Source: an uncultured Acidobacteriota bacterium
Lineage (GTDB): Bacteria; Acidobacteriota; Terriglobia; Acidiferrales; UBA7541
Direction of reading: 5' to 3'
NCBI GenBank assembly: GCA_963735525.1
Contig: CAVTLQ010000012.1
Span: 165,005-229,004 of the forward strand
Length of the DNA stretch: 64,000 nucleotides
This document shows positions 19,635-30,286 of the stretch, in pieces. Positions within the stretch are counted from its first letter, which is position 1; every line of letters starts with the position of its first letter. The translations under genes were made by a program, and so were the position numbers. Below the pieces are notes generated by a model. That model did no database searches and was not told the origin of the DNA. It was given only the letters and a program-made list of their open reading frames with translations.

Positions 19635-19685
19635 CTGGCCGCTGGTTTCCGGAGACCACCCGCCGCCTTCTAACAGCGGAATCTC

Positions 19686-20159
19686 CTAAGGCAAATCCCT
19701 TAACAGATGCCGGAGGACTTCGGGGACAACATAGAAGCTGGTGGTTTGGAGGCGTTCTACGGTAGTTCGCAGATTCAGCAATCCAAGGACAGCAGCCTCC
19801 CGGAGCACACCCAGGGTTCCCATGACGGGGATGCCGCGCTCCCGGGCATATCGGCGTCCCTCCCGGTCATCAACAATCAATTGGTCGGCATGAAGTTCCT
19901 CCGCAAGCACGATTGCATCCCGCTCTCCAGCGTCCAGCTTGGCCATGGACGCATCGGGCGCAGTGAGGGGTGTACGCACTTCAAGCCATGCGGGCGGTTG
20001 GTTGATCCAGGCCCGAACGACCTCGGGTCCAGATGACCGGAGAAGTTCCTCACGGACCATCCCTGGAATCACGACCGTGCCATACATTTTTCTGAGGACA
20101 TCAATCTCTTCGATGAGAATCAGATAGTTGATAGGGGAAGTGTCGGCGACGACGATCAT
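19686..20159 (-). CDS. PIN-domain protein, DUF3368 family (putative toxin)
   Basis: IVVADTSPI, LDAGERDAI, LIVDDREGR, GTLGVL. Confidence 0.88.
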   Translation of the reverse strand: MIVVADTSPINYLILIEEIDVLRKMYGTVVIPGMVREELLRSSGPEVVRAWINQPPAWLEVRTPLTAPDASMAKLDAGERDAIVLAEELHADQLIVDDREGRRYARERGIPVMGTLGVLREAAVLGLLNLRTTVERLQTTSFYVVPEVLRHLLRDLP

Positions 20160-20171
20160 CCCAAGAGACGC

Positions 20172-20462
20172 TCAGTCGGAAGGTCGAGAATCTTGGGGCT
20201 TCGGTCGCACGCTGCGGGCAGTTACCTGGTCTTGATCTAGATCGGAAACATCATAATGAAGGTAGACGCCATGCTCTTTCAAAAAGGCGTGTACTTCCAT
20301 TCTCGTTTCAAAGCCCAGCATCTGGCGAAGCGCGGACTCAGAAAGTAGTTCTGTGCGGTAGCCCTCGAGAGCCAACGCTTCAAGCGCGACCCGGGCCGGA
20401 TCCTTGCCTTCCGACGCTACCTGACGAGCAAGTTCGTCCGGAATATTGATCGTAATTTCCAC
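20172..20462 (-). CDS. UPF0175-family protein (putative antitoxin)
   Basis: ITINIPDELA...ALALEGYR...LGFETRMEVHAFLKEHGV; immediately upstream of the PIN gene. Confidence 0.85.
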   Translation of the reverse strand: MEITINIPDELARQVASEGKDPARVALEALALEGYRTELLSESALRQMLGFETRMEVHAFLKEHGVYLHYDVSDLDQDQVTARSVRPKPQDSRPSD

Positions 20463-20543
20463 GTTCACAGAGTAACACGAACTAGCGTGGCGGGGATGTA
20501 GCAAGCACTGCGGGCACGCGCATTCGCCGTTAAGCGCCGCGCT

Positions 20544-22496
20544 TCAGCCCTTGATGGCGGCTCGAATCTTGGGCGGACCTGCCACGGCCGCTTTCAAGTC
20601 TGCGTTGGTGTCAAGGGTGTCCAGCACCGCGCGGGTCACGTTGTCGTCGATTTCCGACGCTCGACGGATGTCGACGGGATAGCGGACGACGAATTCGAGT
20701 CCGGAATCCGTGAACTGTAGTTTGGATTCCGGAACCGGGGCTTTGAGCTGGACCTCAAGGCGCCGCTCGATACCGCCAAGCTGGCTCTCGATGACGTTGC
20801 GATATTTCTCGTAAACGGCGACGACAACGCTCGAGACTTTGTCCTGCACAAGCTTATAGTTGCTTCCGGGAGCGAGCGAAACGGCGACTTCGTGCCAGGC
20901 GTACTCCGTGCCCGGAATTTGCTTGAACAGCGGAGTGGCAGCCTGAAACAGGACGGAGTTCGAGAACATGACGACGCGGCCGGTGGGGTAGAGCTCGATG
21001 CCGGTGCCGGCCAGCTCCATGAGGTACAGGCGCACCAGGCCGATGTCGATGACGTCGCCGGTGACGCCCGCGACGCTGATGCGATCGCCAACGCGAATTC
21101 CATAGCGCCCAATCACGAAGAAATAGGCCGCGATCGACAGCAAAATCGCCTGCAAGCCGACGGCAATGCCGGCGGTGACAAATCCCGCGAAAGTCGCCAG
21201 GGAGCTGAACTCGCTCACGAATCCCATGATCAAGACGACGCCGACGAGAAAACCCATCACGAAGCGCCGCATCAGGAGAAATTGGCGGCGGCGCCGCGGG
21301 TCATGGACGTAACGGAAGGTAAGCCTGCGCCAGACTTCGGAGAGCACGAAGACCCCACCTAACGCGAGCGCGATCCCGATCACGCGCATCAGCAATGTCC
21401 GCAATTCATACTGAGACTCGAGCAAGATCGATTTGCGCCATTCCAGAAAATTGGAGTGGCTCTGCTCGAGGACCACGATTTCCTGGCTCAGGGGCAGCGT
21501 TGCAGCGGACAATTCCTTGAATTTCGCCGTGATGGCTTGAAATTCCTGCGTGGTGTTTTGTGATGATCCGGCGGCGGGGGTCTGCGCCAGATTGGCGAGA
21601 TCGCGGCCTCGCTGAATGGTTGCAACCAAAGTGTCTCGGAGCGGTTTGCGAAGGCCGTCCGCGGTAGCGCGCATTTTCCAGGTTTCATCGGCGATTTGAT
21701 CGATTTCGTGCATGCTTTGCATCTCATCGAACAAAGCCAACGATTGACCGATCAAACCGGAGGATGTGGAAATCGTGAGGGTCTTTGCGCTGGCTGGCGC
21801 AGCCGCCAGCTTCTTACCCGTTTCGTCGCCCACCACTTCTGGCACCGACCGGGCGAGTTCGTTAATGCTGCCTTCCAAACCTTCGGCTCCATCGGTTGTG
21901 CCTCCCACGAAGGAAGCCATCTTTTGAATGGTCTCTTGGAGCGCTTTGTCCAGCGACAACAGGCCCTGAAGTCTTTCGCGTTGCGAGAGCAAATCCTTCT
22001 GCTTGCTCCTTGGCGCTGTGGCCATCTGCTTGTTAACGATGTCTAGTTTCGATTGCGTGTCGTCGATCTGCGCTGCGATTTTGGCCGCCGTCTGGGTGAG
22101 ATTTTGCTGTTGGCTGGGTTGCCCGTCGGAAGGCGGAGTAGTGTTGGCATTACTGGCCTTCTCCGTTGCGCTGATGATATTCGCTTCAGCTCTCGCCGAC
22201 TGAAATGCCAGGCGCACGGCCTCCGCGGCCAGAGTTCTGGCATTGTCCTGATAGATCGCGTCGCTGGGCAAGCCCACCGATTTGATTTTGGTCGTTGCAT
22301 CGCGGTACCAGGTTATGACCGCATTCAGATGATGCAGGACGGGATCGCGATCCAGTTGCACCGGGCCTTGACCTCTCAGCGTTTGCACGCTGAGCGCAAG
22401 CAGCGCGATTGCGGCACAGCCGAGGAGGCAGTTGCGAAACGGCTTGCGAAGCGCGAGCAGATATCCGTGCATAAACGTGCGCGCGTTACCCTGCAT
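20544..22496 (-). CDS. mechanosensitive ion channel, MscS family, with large periplasmic N-domain
   Basis: signal peptide, coiled-coil region, three TM helices, IRVGDRISVAGVTGDVIDIG. Confidence 0.9.
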   Translation of the reverse strand: MQGNARTFMHGYLLALRKPFRNCLLGCAAIALLALSVQTLRGQGPVQLDRDPVLHHLNAVITWYRDATTKIKSVGLPSDAIYQDNARTLAAEAVRLAFQSARAEANIISATEKASNANTTPPSDGQPSQQQNLTQTAAKIAAQIDDTQSKLDIVNKQMATAPRSKQKDLLSQRERLQGLLSLDKALQETIQKMASFVGGTTDGAEGLEGSINELARSVPEVVGDETGKKLAAAPASAKTLTISTSSGLIGQSLALFDEMQSMHEIDQIADETWKMRATADGLRKPLRDTLVATIQRGRDLANLAQTPAAGSSQNTTQEFQAITAKFKELSAATLPLSQEIVVLEQSHSNFLEWRKSILLESQYELRTLLMRVIGIALALGGVFVLSEVWRRLTFRYVHDPRRRRQFLLMRRFVMGFLVGVVLIMGFVSEFSSLATFAGFVTAGIAVGLQAILLSIAAYFFVIGRYGIRVGDRISVAGVTGDVIDIGLVRLYLMELAGTGIELYPTGRVVMFSNSVLFQAATPLFKQIPGTEYAWHEVAVSLAPGSNYKLVQDKVSSVVVAVYEKYRNVIESQLGGIERRLEVQLKAPVPESKLQFTDSGLEFVVRYPVDIRRASEIDDNVTRAVLDTLDTNADLKAAVAGPPKIRAAIKG

Positions 22497-22681
22497 CTCT
22501 TTCTCCGAACTGATTGTAACTGCTGAGGCGCGTTGACCGTGCGGCTAAATGCGCTTAGATAAGACGCTCGAAGCGGTGAAAAGGGTTGAGCGGCAACGGG
22601 GATTTTCTGATCTCGCACACTCCCGGTGACGAGGACATCGCCGTTGCCCGAAACTCGTGGATAATACTTGGAGACAAATCT

Positions 22682-23542
22682 ATGCCACGTCTCCTCTCAA
22701 CGTACCTTTTTATCTCCCGAAAGCTGACTCGTGAACTGATCGGGCAAATCGCCGCCGCCGGTTTCCATGGCGTGGAGATTTTCTGTTCCCGCGCGCACTT
22801 CGACTACACCAACAAAGCTGAAGTCCGCGAGATGGCCCGGACGCTGGCCGATCATCGTATTTCGCTGGCCTCCCTGCATGCCCCCACCAGCCGCGACCTC
22901 AGCGCCACCCGCGAAGGCGGCCAGCCGCTCTCGATCTGCGAAGTGGAGCGCATCCGCCGCATCGAGGCCATGGACGAGCTGCGGCGCGCCCTCGATGTGG
23001 CCGACGATCTACCATTCTCGAGAATGATTTTCCACATGGGCGGGCCGCGCGAGACCCACGATCTGCGCAAGCGCGACGCCGCGTTTAGCACCCTGGAACA
23101 CCTGATGTTGCACGCCCGGCATGCCGGCGTAACCATCTGCATTGAGAACACCACCAGCGAAATGGGCGATCCCGCCTACCTGCGCGCGTTCGTCGACGAG
23201 ACCCGGCTCACTGGCCTGCGCTTCAACTTCGATATCGGACACGCGCACCTGGCCGATGGGCCCGAAGAGGAGCGCATCGAAAAGAGCTTCGCACCTTTGC
23301 GCGACTTGGTCGCCGGCGTGCACCTCCACGACAATCATGGCGAGAAAGACGAACACTTGCCACCCTATGACGGCTCCATCGACTGGCCGGCTGCGACAAA
23401 AACACTGAAGAGCGCGCCGGACGCGAATTTGCCGTTGGTGCTGGAGCTGAAGGAGAAGATCGGCCCCGACGCACCCAGCGCCCCGGAGCAGTTGGACACC
23501 GCGCGCAAATCGATGGACCGTTTCGAAGAGGCGTGGGGCTAG
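22682..23542 (+). CDS. sugar-phosphate isomerase/epimerase (xylose-isomerase-like TIM barrel)
   Basis: GFHGVEI, SLHAP, ICIEN, FDIGHAH, VHLHDNHG. Confidence 0.88.
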   Translation: MPRLLSTYLFISRKLTRELIGQIAAAGFHGVEIFCSRAHFDYTNKAEVREMARTLADHRISLASLHAPTSRDLSATREGGQPLSICEVERIRRIEAMDELRRALDVADDLPFSRMIFHMGGPRETHDLRKRDAAFSTLEHLMLHARHAGVTICIENTTSEMGDPAYLRAFVDETRLTGLRFNFDIGHAHLADGPEEERIEKSFAPLRDLVAGVHLHDNHGEKDEHLPPYDGSIDWPAATKTLKSAPDANLPLVLELKEKIGPDAPSAPEQLDTARKSMDRFEEAWG

Positions 23543-23588
23543 TCCGCAAAACGCCGTAGACGGCTCGTCTCACGCACAGGCCGCCGGA

Positions 23589-24857
23589 CTATTGCGCGCA
23601 GCCAAAATTCGGATCCCAGTAGCCAGACGGGCAGGGCGCAGAATAAGAATAAGAAGATTGAGAATTATCGTTCGAGCCCAAGGCCTGAAGACCTGAATCG
23701 AGCAAATTCAAGCCGACGAATCCCAAGCTAGGCCAGCCGACGCCCCCGAGATTTAAGGCCAAGCCAAACAAATCTCCCAGCAGCCAGAAATCCCCGCCAT
23801 CGAGCCAGTTCCCTCGCCCAAAACCTGGTGACCCAAACGCAAAGCCTCGCGAATCCGCAAAACCCCCCGGCCCGAACCGCGAAAACGAGGAACGTCGAAA
23901 TCCAGAGCCAGCGAAGCGCGAGCCGCCGAAACTCGCCTGTCCGCGGTTCGAAGCGAAATACGATGTATTGGCCCAGGATGAGTTTTCACGGCCGGACAAA
24001 CTTCCCAACGTAGACGCGCGGCTGCCGGGTGGCCGATTCGAACCAAAGGAAGAAGCACGCGTCACCGCGCTTTCTGAACCAGAGCCGCGGCCACCCGGAC
24101 GCCAATTTCCCGCGCCTCCCGCAACCGAGCGAATGCCCGGCGGGCGATTCGAATCCATCGTGGACGCGCGCCTCGACGCAGTAAACCCGTTCGCTGCGTT
24201 TCGCTGCGACCCACCGGCGGAATCCCGCTGACGTCCCGGAGGCCGGTTCGAGTCGAACGAAGGTGAGCGCCTCGACGCGCTCTCCCCCGCCGGCCCGCCA
24301 CCACCAGCCGCTCTCGCCGAGCCCCATCCCCTGGTCGCGGGCCGATTTGCATCGAATCTTGAGCTACTTGAGCTAAATGAGGAGGATACTCGTGCCGGCG
24401 CCGCCGTGCGTCCACCTCCCCAACTGCTGCGACTAGACCCACTCCCCGAACTCCACCGATCGCTCGAAGTCCGGCTGGAGGAAGTCCAGCGGCTTCCGCC
24501 GAATCCTGAATCCCGGTAGGAGTTAGAGGCAAATCCTCGCGAGGAACCCCCGCGCGACATTCCGCTCGTCATCCCACTGGCACGCCGCGACGTGCCCGAA
24601 AATCCGCCGCGAGCACTGCCGCCTCCATGGTGTGAGCTGCCGCCACTTCCGTGGAACAAACCGCCTCCATGCGATCCGCCACCGCCGTGAAAACCGCCGC
24701 CACCGCGGGAGTGACCTCCGCCATGTGAGCCGCCGCCGTGCGAGTGTCCGCCTCCGTGAGAAGTATGTCCCCCACGCGATCCCGCCGCGAACCCTGGCCC
24801 GCATGCAACCGCTAACGCGGCGGACGCAAGCATAATTCTCAACACAGGCTTGAGCAT
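23589..24857 (-). CDS. exported Gly/Ser/Arg-rich low-complexity protein
   Basis: signal peptide, GGxHGG repeats, four F/M-x-x-NRP(PG) repeats, hydrophobic C-terminal segment and [12 protein letters not shown]; GGAAGG RBS-like sequence upstream. Confidence 0.7.
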   Translation of the reverse strand: MLKPVLRIMLASAALAVACGPGFAAGSRGGHTSHGGGHSHGGGSHGGGHSRGGGGFHGGGGSHGGGLFHGSGGSSHHGGGSARGGFSGTSRRASGMTSGMSRGGSSRGFASNSYRDSGFGGSRWTSSSRTSSDRWSSGSGSSRSSWGGGRTAAPARVSSSFSSSSSRFDANRPATRGWGSARAAGGGGPAGESASRRSPSFDSNRPPGRQRDSAGGSQRNAANGFTASRRASTMDSNRPPGIRSVAGGAGNWRPGGRGSGSESAVTRASSFGSNRPPGSRASTLGSLSGRENSSWANTSYFASNRGQASFGGSRFAGSGFRRSSFSRFGPGGFADSRGFAFGSPGFGRGNWLDGGDFWLLGDLFGLALNLGGVGWPSLGFVGLNLLDSGLQALGSNDNSQSSYSYSAPCPSGYWDPNFGCAQ

Positions 24858-25237
24858 TTCCTTACCTTCCGGGCAATTACCCCCGCTGCCGAACAGAAGA
24901 CCAGGCGGCCAAAAAGGGACTGGGTGAACTCCCTCTCCGAATCTCCAGTACTAACACAAGCTGCCTTCCACACAGTGATCGTATTGTCGCAGCACGTCAA
25001 CAGCCTAAGAACGCGATGGACAACTCGCTGAAAGGAAAAACCTTACCTTTCCCGCCGACGCAAACGCCTGCCAGATCCTTCCGACACCGGCGCCCGTCCC
25101 ATACAGCCGCGGCCTTCGCCGAGCGCTCGGCACACGTGACTCTGCAGCGGCGTTGTAGCCCGCTGCTGCCAACCGCGATATCCTATGGAGTTGTGAAGCG
25201 GGCGGCGTCAGTCGCGGTCCGCCCGGAGGATGGAATA

Positions 25238-26617
25238 ATGTCGGTTTCCAAAACCCTGCGCGCTCCCGAGACGCAGACTGCACAGCACGGCCTAAGCCAT
25301 GACGCGAAAGGTGCGATGACCACGATCACCATTGAAGACGCCGGAAAATACGACGGCCAGGAAGTCACCCTCCGCGGCTGGCTCTACAACCTCCGCGAAT
25401 CCGGAAAGCTGTTGTTTCCGATTTTCCGCGACGGCACCGGAATCATCCAAGGCGTGGTCGCGCTAAAGGAAAATCCCGAAGCCTTCGACGCGCTCAAGGG
25501 CCTCACGCAGGAATCGAGTGTAATCGTCAGCGGTAAAATTCGCGCCGAGCAACGCGCGCCAGGCGGCTTCGAAATCGGCGTCACGAAAATCGTCGTGGTG
25601 CAAAAAGTGTCCGAGAGCCAGCCGTATCCCATCCAACTGAAAGAGCACGGTGTGGATTTTCTGTTGGATCACCGTCACCTGTGGATGCGCACCCCGCGCC
25701 AAGCCGCGATCCTGCGCATCCGCGCCGAAGCCGAGCGCGCCGCCCGCAACTACATGGACAGCCAGGGCTACACACTGACCGACGCGCCGATGTTCACGCC
25801 CGCCGCGTGCGAAGGCACCTCCACTCTGTTCGAAGTCAACTACATCGACGACCAGAAGGCCTACCTGACCCAGAGCGGCCAGCTCTATCTCGAAGCGACC
25901 GCCATGGCCCTCGGCAAGGTTTACACCTTCGGCCCGACCTTTCGCGCCGAAAAATCCAAAACGCGCCGCCACCTCACCGAATTCTGGATGCTCGAGCCCG
26001 AAGCCGCCTACACCGACCTGAACGACATGATGGCGCTTGGCGAAGGACTGGTCAGCGCGATCGTGCAATCCGTGCTGAAAAACAAATCCCGCGAACTGGA
26101 GACGCTGAAGCGCGACACAAAAAAACTCGAAAACGTGAAGCCGCCATTTCCCCGCATCACCTACGAAGACGCCATCCATGTGCTCCAGAAGCACGGCAAT
26201 CCCGCGAAGTTCGGCGACGACATCGGCGGCGACGAGGAAACCATCGTTTCCAATGAATTCGATCGACCCGTGATGGTGCACCGCTACCCCGCAGCCATCA
26301 AAGCCTTCTACATGCAGCCCGACTCCGAGCGCCCCGATCTCGCCCTCGCCTTCGACATGCTCGCGCCCGAAGGCTACGGCGAAATCATCGGCGGCAGCCA
26401 GCGCATCCACGATTACGATCTGCTGGTGAAGCGCCTGCGCGAACACAACCTCCCGGAAGACGCCTTCCAGTGGTACCTCGACCTGCGCCGCTACGGCAGC
26501 GTGCCCCATTCCGGCTTCGGCATGGGCTTGGAGCGCACCGTCGCCTGGATTTGCGGCGCCGAGCACATCCGCGAAGTCATCCCCTTCCCGCGCATGCTCT
26601 ACCGCGTGTATCCTTAG
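25238..26617 (+). CDS. asnS: asparagine--tRNA ligase
   Basis: [11 protein letters not shown] fold, [44 protein letters not shown]; start 25238 (GGAGGA RBS) or 25316. Confidence 0.96.
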   Translation: MSVSKTLRAPETQTAQHGLSHDAKGAMTTITIEDAGKYDGQEVTLRGWLYNLRESGKLLFPIFRDGTGIIQGVVALKENPEAFDALKGLTQESSVIVSGKIRAEQRAPGGFEIGVTKIVVVQKVSESQPYPIQLKEHGVDFLLDHRHLWMRTPRQAAILRIRAEAERAARNYMDSQGYTLTDAPMFTPAACEGTSTLFEVNYIDDQKAYLTQSGQLYLEATAMALGKVYTFGPTFRAEKSKTRRHLTEFWMLEPEAAYTDLNDMMALGEGLVSAIVQSVLKNKSRELETLKRDTKKLENVKPPFPRITYEDAIHVLQKHGNPAKFGDDIGGDEETIVSNEFDRPVMVHRYPAAIKAFYMQPDSERPDLALAFDMLAPEGYGEIIGGSQRIHDYDLLVKRLREHNLPEDAFQWYLDLRRYGSVPHSGFGMGLERTVAWICGAEHIREVIPFPRMLYRVYP

Positions 26618-26845
26618 TGCGGGGTAGTTGGCATCACTTAGCAATTCTCGTTCGCATTTCGATCCCCGCGAGTCTGTCCTTATCGTCAGGCATGACTCCG
26701 CGGATTGCTGAACACCAAATGTACCTGCAACTGTAGCGGCCGCTTTCTGAAGCGGGCGCCTTTTCTTCGCGCATACGAGTCATGGACCGCAATCTACCCC
26801 ACTCCGGCTTCGGCATGGGCTTGGAGCGCACCGTCGCGTGGATTT
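26504..26845 (+). repeat. 49-bp direct repeat of the asnS 3' region (26504-26552 and 26797-26845)
   Basis: CCCCA(T/C)TCCGGCTTCGGCATGGGCTTGGAGCGCACCGTCGC(C/G)TGGATTT, 47/49 identical. Confidence 0.95.
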
Positions 26846-26853
26846 CTGCGCTT

Positions 26854-26888
26854 CACGGGTCACGGAACACGAATCACGAGACACGAAA
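26854..26888 (+). repeat. heptamer tandem repeat (CACGNNN)x5
   Basis: CACGGGT CACGGAA CACGAAT CACGAGA CACGAAA ending 3 bp before the arginase ATG. Confidence 0.85.
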
Positions 26889-26891
26889 TTT

Positions 26892-27803
26892 ATGCTGCAA
26901 AAAGTTCGCATCATCGGCGTCCCCATGGATCTCGGCCAAAGCCGCCGCGGCGTGGACATGGGCCCATCCGCCCTGCGCGTCGCCGGCCTCATGGCGCGCA
27001 TCAAGCAGCTCGGTCTTCACGTCGAGGACATTGGAAACATTTCCGTCAAGCAACCGGAAGAAATGTCCTACGGAGAAAAGCGCGCCAAGTACCTGGCGGA
27101 AATCGCTGAGACCTGCCACGACCTCGCCGTAATCGTCGAAAAATCCGTCGAGGAAGGTTTCTTGCCGCTGGTGCTCGGCGGCGATCACTCCGTCGCCTCA
27201 GGTGTTGCCGCCGGCGTCTCGACGTTCTACCGCAAGCAGAAAAAAGAAATCGGCTACATCTGGCTGGACGCCCACGGCGACATGAATACGCCCGAATCAT
27301 CGCCCTCCGGCAACGTCCACGGAATGCCGCTGGCCGTCATCATGGGCTACGGCGCGCCCGAGCTCGTTGACCTGATGGGCTTCAAGCCCAAGGCCGAGCC
27401 CAGCAACATCGTTATCGTGGGCGCGCGCGATCTCGACGCCCAGGAACGCAAAATTGTAAAAAAATCCGGCGTGCATGTCTTCACCATGCGCGATATCGAC
27501 GAGCGCGGCATGCGCGAAGTGATGTCCGACGCCCTCAAATACGCGATGGACGACACCGCCGGAGTTTCCGTCAGCCTGGACATGGATTTCGTGGACCCCT
27601 CCGACGCCCCCGGCGTTGGCACGCCCGTGCGCGGCGGCGTAACCTATCGCGAAGCCCATCTCGCCATGGAGATGATCGCCGACAGCGAAGCCATGGTGTC
27701 GATGGAAATCGTCGAGATCAATCCCGTCATCGACGAGCACAACCGCACCGCCCTGCTCGGCGTAGAACTCGTCCTCTCCGGCCTCGGCAAGAGAATCCTG
27801 TAA
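26892..27803 (+). CDS. rocF: arginase
   Basis: LGGDHS, WLDAHGDMNT, SGNVHGMP, SLDMDFVDP, GVGTPVRGG, VEINP. Confidence 0.95.
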   Translation: MLQKVRIIGVPMDLGQSRRGVDMGPSALRVAGLMARIKQLGLHVEDIGNISVKQPEEMSYGEKRAKYLAEIAETCHDLAVIVEKSVEEGFLPLVLGGDHSVASGVAAGVSTFYRKQKKEIGYIWLDAHGDMNTPESSPSGNVHGMPLAVIMGYGAPELVDLMGFKPKAEPSNIVIVGARDLDAQERKIVKKSGVHVFTMRDIDERGMREVMSDALKYAMDDTAGVSVSLDMDFVDPSDAPGVGTPVRGGVTYREAHLAMEMIADSEAMVSMEIVEINPVIDEHNRTALLGVELVLSGLGKRIL

Positions 27804-28107
27804 AGTCCCCGCAACCTCCGCAGCGCCGTGCCCTCCATCGCACAGCAAGGCCTTGAGCTTGGCATGTTCTCGCCACGCACGAACCGCCATGCACCCGTAG
27901 GGACGCAGCCCGCCGCGGCGGGCGCCCCGGCTTGCCCGGACTCCACACGCGAAGCCACTCTCAGCGATTGCCACACAGACTCTCCGCTTTACTTTAACTC
28001 GCGCGCAGCGCCTGCCGCCGTTAGCAATTGACAGCAACCTGCGCGGAATTTGTGACTGCGATCGACCTGAACGGTAAACTGGAAACGGTCGACTCCGATA
28101 CTCCGCC

Positions 28108-28142
28108 CACGGATCACGGGCCACGGAACGCGGGTCACGTCC
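28108..28142 (+). repeat. heptamer tandem repeat (CACGNNN)x5
   Basis: CACGGAT CACGGGC CACGGAA CGCGGGT CACGTCC just before the ddl ATG. Confidence 0.8.
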
Positions 28143-28147
28143 TAAAA

Positions 28148-29278
28148 ATGGCCATTCCTCACAAACGTCTCCGCGTCGGCGTCCTTTTTGGCGGGCGCTC
28201 CGGCGAGCATGAAGTCTCCCTCGCTTCCGCCGCTTCCGTGATTCGCGGACTCGATCCCGAAAAATATGAAGCGGTGCCCATCGGCATCACCAAGGAAGGC
28301 CACTGGCGCATCGGTGCAGGCGCGCAAAAGATGCTGCCGGAGGTGCTGCGCGGCGGCCAAGCGGTGATGATGACGGCCGACCCGACCGACGCAGCGCTGG
28401 TGCCGCTCAGTGGCGGCGGCAGCGGTCAACGCCTCGATGTGATCTTTCCCGTGATGCACGGCACGTTCGGCGAAGACGGCACCATCCAGGGACTGCTGGA
28501 CCTTGCGGGGTTCCCGTTCGTGGGCGCGGGCGTGCTTGGCTCCGCCATCGGCATGGACAAAGACGTGGCGAAGAAACTGTTGCAGGCGGCGAAAATCCCC
28601 GTCGTGCCATGGATCACCGTGCACCGCCACGAGTGGGAGAAGAACCCGAAACAAATTCAGCGGGCGGTGGAGAAGAAATTCAAGTACCCGGTGTTCGTGA
28701 AGCCGGCGACCCTGGGGTCGTCGGTGGGCATGACCAAAGTGCATTCGCGGGCGGAGTTGGCGCCGGCGCTGAATCTTGCGGCGGAATTTGCGATGAAGAT
28801 TCTCGTCGAGCGGGCGATGGTAGCGCGCGAAATCGAAGTTTCGGTGCTGGGGAACCACGACCCGAAGGCGTCCATTCCCGGGGAGATCGTGCCGCATCGC
28901 GAGTTCTACGACTACACCGCCAAGTATCTCGAAGACGGCACACAGTTGCTGATTCCCGCGAAACTCAAGCCCGCGCAAGTGAAACAAATCCAGTCGCTGG
29001 CGGTAGCCGCGTTTCGCGCGCTGGAATTGAGCGGCATGGCGCGCGTGGATTTTTTCCTGGAGAAACGCGGCGGAAAACTTTTCCTCAACGAGGTGAACAC
29101 CATTCCCGGCTTCACGTCGATCAGCATGTATCCCAAGCTCTGGGAAGCCAGCGGAATTCCCTTCCGTGAGCTGATCGACCGGCTGATCGCGCTGGCGCTC
29201 GAACAGCACGCGGAAAAGGCGCGCACGAAATACGAAATCGAGCTGCCGGAAGGCGCGGCGGGCGCGCTGCAGGGCTGA
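28148..29278 (+). CDS. ddl: D-alanine--D-alanine ligase
   Basis: [50 protein letters not shown]. Confidence 0.97.
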   Translation: MAIPHKRLRVGVLFGGRSGEHEVSLASAASVIRGLDPEKYEAVPIGITKEGHWRIGAGAQKMLPEVLRGGQAVMMTADPTDAALVPLSGGGSGQRLDVIFPVMHGTFGEDGTIQGLLDLAGFPFVGAGVLGSAIGMDKDVAKKLLQAAKIPVVPWITVHRHEWEKNPKQIQRAVEKKFKYPVFVKPATLGSSVGMTKVHSRAELAPALNLAAEFAMKILVERAMVAREIEVSVLGNHDPKASIPGEIVPHREFYDYTAKYLEDGTQLLIPAKLKPAQVKQIQSLAVAAFRALELSGMARVDFFLEKRGGKLFLNEVNTIPGFTSISMYPKLWEASGIPFRELIDRLIALALEQHAEKARTKYEIELPEGAAGALQG

Positions 29279-29390
29279 GCTTCGCAGTCAACCGGGGCAG
29301 AACGCCTCATCAGACGTTGCTTCGTCGCCATCGATTCTGCTGCTCGCCACTCAAGACCGAAAAACGGGATGATGCTGGGTTGGTTGCCGA

Positions 29391-29425
29391 GTAGGGGCGC
29401 CCGCCGCGGCGGGCTGCGCCCCTAC
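29391..29425. repeat. GTAG-type REP-like palindrome (related copies near 27897, 32291, 39919, 39972, 59857)
   Basis: GTAGGGGCGC-CCGCCGCGGCGGG-CTGCGCCCCTAC; the copy at 27897-27928 shares the GCCCGCCGCGGCGGGC core. Confidence 0.8.
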
Positions 29426-29613
29426 TAGCAACCAACGATCCGTTTCGTTCCGTGCCTTCATCGGTTGCCAACATGGGCTGTGCGCTGGCGTTTTCACTGA
29501 AATCATTTACTCTCGGGCGTGAATTTTGTTACGTTCTCTAGTGCCGCAGAGCAGCGCGTTCGGCGCGTGGCTCCAGCGGCTGCTCTGACGCTCGCAGGGC
29601 AGGAGAACTCTGG

Positions 29614-30066
29614 ATGTCACTTCTCGAACCGCCTCCCGACACATCAAGCAAATCACGGCCCATGGCTTTCACGGTTGCGGCGCTCGCGCTGATTGCGATC
29701 GTCGGACTCTGGTGGATTTTCCGTTTTTATCCGGAGAAACGAGCGGCGGAGCGTTTCTTCGATGCGGTGGTCGCCGGAGACATGGCCAAGGCTTACGAAC
29801 TTTGGAAGCCGCTGCCAACTTACAAGATGGATGACTTCGTGGCCGATTGGGGGCCGACCGGGTACTACGGACCGGTGAAGAGTTACAAGATCATGCGCGA
29901 AGACTCGCCGCACGGCTCGAACGCAGTGCAAATCGCCGTGGCGATCAGTCCGTACGCGCCGATGCCGAGTGCCACCGATCCGGCGGATGCAGATAAGAGC
30001 CGCAAGACGCGGGTGGTGGCGGTGTGGGTCGTGTCGGGCGATAAGTCGTTCACGTTCCCACCATAG
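29614..30066 (+). CDS. hypothetical membrane-anchored protein
   Basis: AGGAG RBS, one N-terminal TM helix, 150 aa. Confidence 0.75.
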   Translation: MSLLEPPPDTSSKSRPMAFTVAALALIAIVGLWWIFRFYPEKRAAERFFDAVVAGDMAKAYELWKPLPTYKMDDFVADWGPTGYYGPVKSYKIMREDSPHGSNAVQIAVAISPYAPMPSATDPADADKSRKTRVVAVWVVSGDKSFTFPP

Positions 30067-30067
30067 A

Positions 30068-30285
30068 TTCCGTGGCCCGTGCCTCGTGACCCGTGTCCCG
30101 TGATTCGTAAGTTCGCGAGGCGAGCGGATTCCCTGCCCCGCGGCTCGTGGCCCGTGTGCCGTGATTCGTGAGCCGATCGCTAGCTTCTTTTCTTTTTCCC
30201 CACTCATTCGCTCCTGTGGAACGATCAGGGATCAGGGCCGTGGCTTGCTTCACGGGTCACGGTTCACGGGCCACGGATCACGGTC
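30068..30285. repeat. three heptamer arrays in opposite orientations between convergent genes
   Basis: (NNNCGTG)x6 at 30068-30109, x5 at 30136-30170, and (CACGGNN)x5 at 30251-30285. Confidence 0.85.
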
Positions 30286-30286
30286 C

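Noticed and set aside
24858-25237. T-box leader upstream of asnS
   Set aside because: No GGTGGNACCGCG T-box motif or terminator/antiterminator pair seen
26629-26643. sigma54 promoter TGGCATCACTTAGCA
   Set aside because: GG-to-GC spacing is 9 rather than the required 10
26782-27132. ORF beginning [20 protein letters not shown] as a second synthetase gene
   Set aside because: Only the 49-bp duplication matches asnS; the rest is heptamer repeat and an off-frame reading of arginase
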